The notes below the pieces were generated by a model. It was not told where the DNA came from and did no database searches. It worked only from the letters and a program-made list of their open reading frames with translations. Position numbers and translations under genes: made by a program. A DNA stretch of 50,058 nucleotides, taken from Gammaproteobacteria bacterium. Its GTDB lineage: Bacteria; Pseudomonadota; Gammaproteobacteria; SZUA-229. The DNA is taken from the NCBI GenBank assembly GCA_003228405.1, contig QIDK01000044.1, forward strand, positions 1 to 50,058, read 5' to 3'. This document shows positions 1 through 7,160 of this stretch, one piece after another. The number at the start of each line of letters is the position of its first letter. The stretch's first letter is position 1.

Positions 1-85
1 GCTAATAGCGGGCTATTAGCTGCAATCTTCGTCTTGTATCTGAAATTTTTTGACAACAATCTCATCAACCAGACTTAATCAGAGG
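1..85. repeat. Intergenic repeat family A, copy 1. It begins at the window edge and may be truncated.
   Basis: Positions 2-85 align without gaps to 20316-20399, with 71 of 84 positions identical by hand count. It starts with a perfect 9-bp palindrome, GCTAATAGC-gg-GCTATTAGC. It ends in the AGAGG that serves as Shine-Dalgarno for the downstream GTG at 93. Confidence 0.75.
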
Positions 86-92
86 TTCCCTA

Positions 93-737
93 GTGGATAT
101 TGCAATAAAAATACTGATTTATGCGACACCTATTCTACTTGCGGTTAGTCTGCATGAAGCCGCGCATGGCTGGATAGCACATTTACTGGGTGACCCTACC
201 GCCAAACGTTTAGGTCGCTTAACCGCAAACCCGTTAAAGCACATAGACCCTGTCGGCACCATACTGGTGCCGATTATAATGGTGGTAGTACTGGGGTTTC
301 CTTTTGGCTGGGCCAAGCCTGTGCCGGTGGATGTGCGAAATTTTGTGCACCCGCAGAAAGATATGGCATTAGTTGCGCTGGCCGGTCCGGTGTCTAACTT
401 TTTAATGGCTATTTTCTGGACGCTGGTGTTATTTGCCTCAACCCGCTTATTACCCTATGGCACGCTTTTACTGGTCATGAAAGCCATGGCAGAAGTTGGG
501 GTGGTGATTAATCTTATATTGATGGTTTTAAACCTGTTACCCGTGCCACCACTGGACGGTGGCCGAATTGTAACCGGTATTTTGCCGTATAATTTAGCCG
601 TTTATTTTGTGCGGCTGGAAATGATCGGTATGTGGGTGGTTATTTTTCTTTTAGCCAGTGGAATTCTGGGTAAAATACTCATGCCCATGGTGCAGATGAT
701 CCAGAATAATTTATACGCCATTTTTGGCCTGGGATAG
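93..737 (+). CDS. Site-2 protease family (peptidase M50) integral-membrane zinc metalloprotease
   Basis: 214-aa ORF with a GTG start 7 nt after AGAGG. It has an HEAAH (HExxH) motif in the first hydrophobic helix, several further TM helices and the LNLLPVPPLDGG motif typical of M50/S2P. Confidence 0.8.
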   Translation: MDIAIKILIYATPILLAVSLHEAAHGWIAHLLGDPTAKRLGRLTANPLKHIDPVGTILVPIIMVVVLGFPFGWAKPVPVDVRNFVHPQKDMALVALAGPVSNFLMAIFWTLVLFASTRLLPYGTLLLVMKAMAEVGVVINLILMVLNLLPVPPLDGGRIVTGILPYNLAVYFVRLEMIGMWVVIFLLASGILGKILMPMVQMIQNNLYAIFGLG

Positions 738-787
738 TATCAGCTTCCCTGGCATTTACTTTAAGACAGCAGTCCTTAGGAGATATT

Positions 788-2002
788 TTGAGTTTAGTCC
801 CAACGCAACATCAGCGTGTATTATCAGGTATGCGCCCCACCGGCCCGCTGCATCTTGGTCATTACCACGGGGTGCTAAAAAACTGGGTTAAATTACAGCA
901 CGAGTACGAGTGCTTTTTCTTTGTGGCTGACTGGCATGCCCTTACCACCCATTATGAAGATCCACGTATTATCGCTGATAGCACTCAGGACATGGTGATT
1001 GACTGGCTTGCAACAGGGGTTAGCCCCGGGGCGTCGAAAATTTTTATCCAGAGCCGGGTGCCTGAACATGCGGAACTGCATCTGCTGTTATCCATGATTA
1101 CTCCACTGGGCTGGCTTGAGCGGGTGCCCACATACAAAGATCAGCAGGCAGAGCTTAAAGAAAAAGATTTAGCCACCTATGGCTTTCTCGGCTACCCCTT
1201 GCTGCAGTCGGCGGATATTCTGGTGTATAAAGCCGGTCAGGTGCCGGTGGGAGACGATCAGGTCGCCCACGTTGAACTGACTCGCGAAGTGGCTCGGCGC
1301 TTTAATCATATATATGGCCGTGAGCCGGGTTTTGAAGAAAAGGCAGAGGCCGCGGTTAAAAAAATGGGTAAGAAGGACGCCAAACTCTACCGGGATTTGC
1401 GTAAACGCTATACAGAGCAGGGTGATCAGCAGGCACTCGATGTCGCCCAGGCGCTGCTGGAAAATCAGCAGAATATCTCGCTGGGCGATCGTGAACGACT
1501 GTTTGGGTTTTTAGAAGGTTCAGGCAAAATTATTTTACCCGAACCTCAGGCACTGTTAACACCGGCCTCAAAAATGCCGGGGCTGGATGGGCGTAAAATG
1601 TCCAAATCTTATCGCAATGCAATTTCACTGCGCGAAGACCCGGATGAGATTGCAAAGAAATTACGTACCATGCCGACGGATACTAACCGGGTGCGACGTA
1701 CCGACCCGGGTGACCCGAAGCTTTGCCCTGTGTGGAAGCTGCATGAAGTTTATTCAGATGATGCAACGAAAAAGTGGGTGAAACAGGGTTGCACCACTGC
1801 CGGCATTGGCTGTGTTGATTGTAAACAGCCAATAATAGATGCGGTGATTGCAGAACTGAAACCGATTCGTGAGCGGGCAAAAGACTATATTGACGACCCA
1901 TCGGCGGTGCAGGCCATTATTGATGAAGGTTGTGAAGCCGCCAGGGATGTTGCCCGTGATACACTCGATGAAGTACGAAAAGTAATGTGCCTAAGCCGCT
2001 AA
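788..2002 (+). CDS. trpS: Tryptophan--tRNA ligase, long form with an insertion and a C-terminal 4-Cys motif
   Basis: TTG start. Class I signatures are present: HLGHYHG (HIGH-type) and KMSKS. The rest resembles TrpRS throughout (PVGDDQVAHVELTREVARRFN). Cys313/335/342/345 form C-x21-C-x6-C-x2-C. Confidence 0.93.
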   Translation: MSLVPTQHQRVLSGMRPTGPLHLGHYHGVLKNWVKLQHEYECFFFVADWHALTTHYEDPRIIADSTQDMVIDWLATGVSPGASKIFIQSRVPEHAELHLLLSMITPLGWLERVPTYKDQQAELKEKDLATYGFLGYPLLQSADILVYKAGQVPVGDDQVAHVELTREVARRFNHIYGREPGFEEKAEAAVKKMGKKDAKLYRDLRKRYTEQGDQQALDVAQALLENQQNISLGDRERLFGFLEGSGKIILPEPQALLTPASKMPGLDGRKMSKSYRNAISLREDPDEIAKKLRTMPTDTNRVRRTDPGDPKLCPVWKLHEVYSDDATKKWVKQGCTTAGIGCVDCKQPIIDAVIAELKPIRERAKDYIDDPSAVQAIIDEGCEAARDVARDTLDEVRKVMCLSR

Positions 2003-2006
2003 TTGC

Positions 2007-2111
2007 TCAGATCACCCCTGTATGGCCGTATGGCTTTGTTGGAAAATGGTTACCTACACTTGTAGGCGCACATTTTTCGCCTTGCCCTGCAGCCATACAG
2101 GGGTGATCTGA
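2007..2111. repeat. Palindromic MITE-like element E
   Basis: Perfect 20-bp terminal inverted repeats: TCAGATCACCCCTGTATGGC (2007-2026) and GCCATACAGGGGTGATCTGA (2092-2111), separated by 65 nt. It begins 5 nt after the trpS stop. Internally it carries TGTAGGCGCACATTTTT, a motif also seen in repeat families C and D. Confidence 0.8.
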
Positions 2112-2145
2112 ACAATTATTACTCCGTAAAAGAAACTATTTATTT

Positions 2146-2235
2146 CGTCATCCCCGAATGCCTGTGTCGGGGATCCAGTGACTTTGAATTACTTAAGGGC
2201 GCTGAATTCCGGCTCAAAAGCATACCGGGATGACG
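2146..2235. repeat. Palindromic element F (CGTCATCCC...GGGATGACG type)
   Basis: 9-bp inverted termini: CGTCATCCC (2146-2154) and GGGATGACG (2227-2235). There is an internal hairpin, CCCCGA-atgcctgtg-TCGGGG. Related GGGATGAC / CTGCGCAGGCATGACAG fragments occur near 4153-4175, 23490-23500 and 34711-34730. Confidence 0.6.
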
Positions 2236-2314
2236 ACGTTTTATTAATCCTTATTAAAATTGTGTGATACTTAGTGTTTGAAAGATGCACTTATAAATAA
2301 TAGAAAACTAACCA

Positions 2315-3232
2315 ATGAACCAGCCCGTTGACACAACAGAAAACAGCTCTCCCAAAGAGCCCCCCTCGCAATCTGAAATGCCGTTTGCGATTATTCAGGG
2401 TGAGCCACTGGCGATGCTGCCCGAGGACCTCTACATTCCACCGGATGCACTTGAAGTGTTTATGGAGGCATTTGAAGGGCCACTCGATTTATTGCTGTAT
2501 TTAATTAAACGACAGAATCTGGATGTGCTGGATATTCCCATTTCGCATATCACCACCCAATACATGCAGTACATCGATATGATGGACACCATAAAGTTTG
2601 AGCTGGCGGCAGAATATCTGTTAATGGCGGCGATGCTGGCGGAGATTAAATCGCGCATGTTATTGCCTCGCCCCGAGTCTGAAGATGATGAAAGTGATCC
2701 ACGGGCTGAACTGGTGCGTCGATTACAGGAGTATGAACGGTTTAAGAAAGCGGCAGAGGATATTGATGAAATCCCACGCCAGGAACGCGATAGCTGGGTG
2801 GCTAAGGCAGAGCCACCACCCCTTAACCTGACCCGACCCGAGCCGGAGGTTGAGCTGCGGGATTTACTGGCCGCATTTAAAGAAATTCTAAATCGGGCAG
2901 ATATTAATAGTCACCATATGATTCAGCGTGAAACTCTGTCTATACGAGAAAAAATGAGCCTAATACTGGCCGCAGTCAGCAGCGATGGTTTTACCGACTT
3001 CACCAGTCTGTTCAATTTTGAAGAAGGTCGGAAAGGCGTGGTCGTTACCTTTATGGCCGTATTAGAATTATTAAAAGGCGCAATGATTGATCTGGTTCAG
3101 TCAGAGGCATTTGCACCTATTTATGTAAAAGCAGCCAGTGGATCACAGCTGACTGCAGATTCAGGCCCTGATTTTGCTGCAGATTTAGACATGGATTCAG
3201 ACTCAGCCCAGAATTTAAAAACAGACGAGTAA
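2315..3232 (+). CDS. scpA: Segregation and condensation protein A (kleisin)
   Basis: FEGPLDLLLYLIKRQNLDVLDIPISHIT is the canonical ScpA N-terminal signature. It lies directly upstream of scpB with a 2-nt gap. Confidence 0.9.
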   Translation: MNQPVDTTENSSPKEPPSQSEMPFAIIQGEPLAMLPEDLYIPPDALEVFMEAFEGPLDLLLYLIKRQNLDVLDIPISHITTQYMQYIDMMDTIKFELAAEYLLMAAMLAEIKSRMLLPRPESEDDESDPRAELVRRLQEYERFKKAAEDIDEIPRQERDSWVAKAEPPPLNLTRPEPEVELRDLLAAFKEILNRADINSHHMIQRETLSIREKMSLILAAVSSDGFTDFTSLFNFEEGRKGVVVTFMAVLELLKGAMIDLVQSEAFAPIYVKAASGSQLTADSGPDFAADLDMDSDSAQNLKTDE

Positions 3233-3234
3233 TT

Positions 3235-4071
3235 ATGCAACAAGCACAGTTAAAAAACATTTTAGAAGCTATTTTGCTCACTGCCGACCAGCCAATGGAA
3301 ATACGCAAGCTGGAAGCCTTATTTGAGGCTGATGAGGAGCGTCCCACCAGTGATGGTATTTTGCAGGCACTACAAAGTCTGCAGGCAGACTACACTGGCA
3401 GAGGAGTTGAGTTAAAAGAAGTCGCCAGTGGTTATCGTATGCAGGTAATAGCAGATACGGCCACCTGGGTGTCGCGTATGTGGGAAGAAAAGCCGCCTCG
3501 ATATTCAAGAGCACTACTCGAAACACTGGTGCTTATAGCCTACCGTCAGCCGATTACCCGGGGTGAAATTGAAGAAATTCGTGGCGTAAGCGTGAGTAGT
3601 CATATTATGAAAACGCTGACAGAGCGTGAGTGGGTTAAGGTGCTGGGGCATAAAGATGTTCCGGGCAGGCCCTCTATGTTTGGCACAACCCGTGATTTTC
3701 TGGATTACTTTAATCTGAAAAACCTGGATGACCTGCCCAGCCTGGCGGATATTACGGATCTGGATAAATTGCATCCAGAGCTGGCACTGGAGCAGGAAGT
3801 GTCGGCTGATGAAGAGAACCCGGAAAATTCAGAAAACGCAGAGAGCCCAGACAGTTCAGACAGTTCAGACAGTTCAGACAGTTCAGACAGCTCAGACAGC
3901 TCAGACAGCTCAGACAGTTCAGACAGTTCAGACAGTTCAGACAGTTCAGACAGTTCAGAGAGTTCAGAGAGTTCAGAGAGTTCAGAGAGTTCAGAGAGTT
4001 CAGAGAGTTCAGATGCGTCTGCATTAGATACGGATACAGTTGAAAAGAAGCAGGAATCGATAATAGAATAA
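3235..4071 (+). CDS. scpB: Segregation and condensation protein B with an acidic Ser-rich repeat tail
   Basis: LEAILLTADQPM and IAYRQPITRGEIEEIRGV are canonical ScpB winged-helix motifs. The C-terminal roughly 80 aa are an extension containing (DSS)12(ESS)6. Confidence 0.9.
   Translation: MQQAQLKNILEAILLTADQPMEIRKLEALFEADEERPTSDGILQALQSLQADYTGRGVELKEVASGYRMQVIADTATWVSRMWEEKPPRYSRALLETLVLIAYRQPITRGEIEEIRGVSVSSHIMKTLTEREWVKVLGHKDVPGRPSMFGTTRDFLDYFNLKNLDDLPSLADITDLDKLHPELALEQEVSADEENPENSENAESPDSSDSSDSSDSSDSSDSSDSSDSSDSSDSSDSSDSSESSESSESSESSESSESSDASALDTDTVEKKQESIIE
3850..4011 (+). repeat. 18 tandem copies of a 9-bp in-frame repeat inside scpB
   Basis: Counted by hand: 4x GACAGTTCA, 3x GACAGCTCA, 5x GACAGTTCA, then 6x GAGAGTTCA. 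This encodes (DSS)12(ESS)6. Confidence 0.95.
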
Positions 4072-4425
4072 GCTAAAGGCATAATTTTGATTATTATCCT
4101 GTTCTTATAAGGACAGGAACCCACCGACTCTGAAAAGCGAAGACACTGGATACCTGCCTGCGCAGGCATGACAGCATAAATGAACCCCTCACAAACACCA
4201 TCTCCTTCTGCAGGTGCTGCTCCAGCAACACAATAAAGTAATACTCAATCACGCCCCTGAACCAGGGAAGATCTTAAGCTAAGAATATTGCCTGATTTCC
4301 TTCTAATGCCGCCATTCTCATGACATATATGCCGATTATCGCAATATTCGGCATCTTGAGCTGGCCAAATTGAAATTAACCGCTGTTTATGTTATATATT
4401 TAATAAGTATTTTTCCGTCTGGAGT

Positions 4426-4671
4426 ATGGTTATGGGCGTATTGTCAGTTCAAAGTGAAGCAGTGCAGGGCATTCAGCGGGGTCTGGACGGCCTGCGAAAA
4501 AATGCATCAGAAATAGCCTCTGCTGATCAGCTAAATAAAGCTGGAGAGGGTACAGACCTTGTGGGTGCCCTGGTGGATTTGCAGCAGAATAAGATACAGG
4601 TTCAGGCATCAGCCAAGGTGGTTTCTGCAGTTGATGAAGTAATCGGCACCATTATCGATATCCGAGCGTAA
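4426..4671 (+). CDS. Small protein with a flagellar basal-body rod/hook C-terminal-like segment
   Basis: 81 aa, with GGAG 5 nt upstream of the ATG. The C-terminal TDLVGALVDLQQNKIQVQASAKVVSAVDEVIGTIIDI follows the pattern of FlgB/C/G C-terminal domains (vdl.eemv.li.aqrayeanskvi.t.demlgtl.di). Confidence 0.5.
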   Translation: MVMGVLSVQSEAVQGIQRGLDGLRKNASEIASADQLNKAGEGTDLVGALVDLQQNKIQVQASAKVVSAVDEVIGTIIDIRA

Positions 4672-4722
4672 CGGCTCCAGTTACAGACTTCAGCACAGCA
4701 AGTACTCCACAAAAAGTACTTT

Positions 4723-5436
4723 ATGATAGTAAACAGCGCACAAAAAGTTCAAGTCAGCAATCCGCTGGATACCAGCTCACCCCGTCGAGTTGATGATAAT
4801 TCTCGTTCATCTAATGTAGATCCCCAAGATAAAGCCGCCGTGGCAAAACAGAAACAGCAGAGTGATGCTGTGGTGCGTGAGCTGCGGGCCAGAGACCGTG
4901 AGGTAAGGGCACATGAATCCGCACATGTGTCGGTGGGTGGAAGCCTGGTGCTGAGTGGCCCGACGTTTACGTTTCAGACGGGCCCGGATGGTCGCTCTTA
5001 TGCAATTGGTGGCGAAGTTAAGCTGGATGTCTCCCCGGTTGCCAATGATCCTGCTGCTACGGTAGACAAGGCAGGGCTAATTCGTGCTGCTGCTCTGGCA
5101 CCGGCCAAACCCTCACCACAGGACTTAAGCGTTGCTGCAAACGCAAATAAGCTGGCAGCCAGAGCACGGGTCGATTTAGCCATATTGCGCAGAGATGAAG
5201 CCGAGCTGGATCGAGAACAGGAACAGTTAAATAATGCGTCAGATACAAATGATGTATCAGATAGCAGTGCAAATAATGCGTCAACAGAATCACAAACAGA
5301 TATTCCCTTAGCCCCCGCATCAAGTGTCGATTCAGCAAATTTACAGAGTATCGAGCCCCCAGCAACTGCAATTAATGCCTTTAAATCAATCACTCAGCCT
5401 GAGTCTGCACCGGCTTTAGTCAACCAGTTCGTCTGA
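4723..5436 (+). CDS. SprA-related / CJM1_0395-family putative metalloprotease
   Basis: REVRAHESAHVSVGG...PTFTFQTGPDGRSYAIGGEVKLDVSP...AAALAPAKPSPQDLSVAA matches the remembered family signature (EVxAHExAH..GG...GPDGxxYAxGGEV.ID...AALAPAxPSxQD). Confidence 0.8.
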   Translation: MIVNSAQKVQVSNPLDTSSPRRVDDNSRSSNVDPQDKAAVAKQKQQSDAVVRELRARDREVRAHESAHVSVGGSLVLSGPTFTFQTGPDGRSYAIGGEVKLDVSPVANDPAATVDKAGLIRAAALAPAKPSPQDLSVAANANKLAARARVDLAILRRDEAELDREQEQLNNASDTNDVSDSSANNASTESQTDIPLAPASSVDSANLQSIEPPATAINAFKSITQPESAPALVNQFV

Positions 5437-5437
5437 A

Positions 5438-5483
5438 CCGGGCTTATTTGATTGTATTGCCCGGCAACAGGTATCTGTTTTTT
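5438..5483 (+). terminator. Candidate rho-independent terminator (two hairpins plus a T-run)
   Basis: Hairpin CCGGGC-15 nt-GCCCGG is followed by AACAG-gtat-CTGTT and TTTT. It starts immediately after the stop at 5436. Confidence 0.5.
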
Positions 5484-5569
5484 GAGGGAATTAAAGCTTA
5501 CTCCAGCTGCGAACCAGCTAGTAGAAATAGAAAATGCCCCGGCCAGATAATGGTTAACCGGCCAAGTGC

Positions 5570-5863
5570 CTATTGCCGGGTAATGCTGCCCGCCAGCAAA
5601 TAACAGTTGCCATCTTTTTCTTCACAGCGTAACACTTCCATTACAATTTCAAGCGGTGGGGTAACATTATTTTCAGGTTGTATTGATACACACACCTCAG
5701 TACCCGGCTCAACGGCCTGGTCTGCAACAATGGAGATGCCATCACCGCTTAAGTCACTGACGGTACCCGATTTTTGCTGAGCAGAGCCATTAATGGTGTA
5801 TTCAGCTATACATTCCAGGTTCATGCGGAAGAAGTTACGTTTTTCAGAGTAGTCTTTAGCCAT
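5570..5863 (-). CDS. PilZ domain protein (c-di-GMP receptor type)
   Basis: 97 aa. It has the RNFFR (RxxxR) and DLSGDG (D/NxSxxG) PilZ motifs at the expected spacing. Confidence 0.8.
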   Translation of the reverse strand: MAKDYSEKRNFFRMNLECIAEYTINGSAQQKSGTVSDLSGDGISIVADQAVEPGTEVCVSIQPENNVTPPLEIVMEVLRCEEKDGNCYLLAGSITRQ

Positions 5864-5986
5864 AGAATTCCCGTCTGTTGTCTTACTTGATTAATCCAGT
5901 ACTGCTACCAGCTGTTATCAGTGTAGAACTGAGAAAATCTAAAATCTACGCCATTTATCCGGTTTTGTGAAGAAAATCTACTATAT

Positions 5987-7114
5987 CTAGTGGAATTTTT
6001 TTGTCATAGACACAATATTGGCATTGGTTGAAGGCTGTTCGATTTCATAGGGCCAGTCACGAATGCCGCCTTCCAGCAACAGGGTCTCAAAATGGTGTTC
6101 ATGCAGCAATAGAGCCGCAACTGCACTCCTCGGGCCAGAATGGCAGTAGATAATATAGGGCTGTTTTTTACTTAATTCGGCAAGCTTGTCACTTAATTCA
6201 GAGAGTGGAATGAGCTTTGCACCGGGTATCCGACTTTCAGCATATTCCTCAGGAAAGCGTACATCCAGTAGCTTATAGCCATTGTCCAGCATGGTTTTTG
6301 CAACCTGTGCCTGTACGGTTTGCACCTCGGGGCGGCTAACGAGCTGCTGATAGTCGCTTTTGCCTAATATCAGAATTTCACTGTCTTCAAGCAGGGTGAT
6401 GGTTTCATCTGTATTTTTGCCTGATACCCGAACTTCATGACCAAAAATATCCCCCACACCCAGTTCGGTAACCTGTATAAAGCGCTGATTGACCGTGTCG
6501 AATGTCTGCACTTCGGCACGGCCACTTAATATAAGGTAGTAGGCATCACTTTGTTCAGCGGGAATGGTATCACCTTTACTGAAGTGGGATGACCTCATAC
6601 GAGAAAAGGCATTTTCAATATACTCAATCGGCAGACGCTGAAACAACAGGGTATTGCGAATCATATCAATATATTTAACCGTGTTTCGGGTTTTGCGCCC
6701 AATGTGATCCCAGGAGATGATGGTGTCTAAAATTTCACGATTGGCGTGGCTGATAATACAGTCGGTTTTGGCAATAATGCTACAGCTGCTTTTTTTATCA
6801 GGCAGTAAGACCGGGCTGCGCTGGGTTTCCTTTGGGTCACTGATGGTGCGGATGCTGCCTTCAAACACAATATCGATTTCACCTTCCATCAGATACAGGT
6901 AATCGTGGGAAATAGAGCCCCGCATCTGTAATATTTCATCCTGCTGCAATTCGATAATACGAATATGATTAACAATTTCCTGCAGGCGTTCAGGGCTTAA
7001 ATGGTTAAAAGGAAAATAGAGATTGCTCAGTTTAAACAGAACTTTTTTCAGTTTGGTACTTATAGTCATAACGGCAGATGCTTGATTGCGACGGCTTAAA
7101 ATTAAATTGATCAT
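5987..7114 (-). CDS. Cyclic-nucleotide-binding-domain (x2, degenerate) / rhodanese-domain protein
   Basis: Two cNMP-binding-like beta-barrel regions (GDIFGHE in the second). The C-terminal rhodanese domain has the active-site loop CHSGPRS and LLDVRFPEEY. The start could instead be Met16. Confidence 0.75.
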   Translation of the reverse strand: MINLILSRRNQASAVMTISTKLKKVLFKLSNLYFPFNHLSPERLQEIVNHIRIIELQQDEILQMRGSISHDYLYLMEGEIDIVFEGSIRTISDPKETQRSPVLLPDKKSSCSIIAKTDCIISHANREILDTIISWDHIGRKTRNTVKYIDMIRNTLLFQRLPIEYIENAFSRMRSSHFSKGDTIPAEQSDAYYLILSGRAEVQTFDTVNQRFIQVTELGVGDIFGHEVRVSGKNTDETITLLEDSEILILGKSDYQQLVSRPEVQTVQAQVAKTMLDNGYKLLDVRFPEEYAESRIPGAKLIPLSELSDKLAELSKKQPYIIYCHSGPRSAVAALLLHEHHFETLLLEGGIRDWPYEIEQPSTNANIVSMTKKFH

Positions 7115-7160
7115 TTAGTATAGACGAGAAAAATACAGGCTGCTGTTAAACAGTGCACGA

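Noticed and set aside
50-79. Sigma70 promoter (TTGACA-N18-CTTAAT) inside repeat A as the shared function of both copies
   Set aside because: In copy 1 a start about 7 nt after the -10 would exclude the AGAGG Shine-Dalgarno of the S2P gene. Copy 2 has a weaker -35 (TTGAAC). It is kept only as a possibility within the repeat-A finding.
3705-4169. Three long ORFs (154, 99 and 90 aa) overlapping the scpB 3' end on both strands
   Set aside because: They translate the 9-bp microsatellite in other frames or on the other strand (poly-SEL, poly-QTV, poly-LNS). One starts inside a GGGATGAC-type repeat (MPAQAGIQ). They stay open only because the repeat lacks stops. scpB is the genuine frame, with conserved N-terminal motifs.
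4325-4352. Sigma-28 (FliA) promoter upstream of the rod-like mini-protein
   Set aside because: GCCGATTA resembles the FliA -10 box (GCCGATAA). However, there is no TAAA-type -35 at the required roughly 15-nt spacing, and the motif is also part of a simple ATGCCGA/TCGGCAT hairpin.
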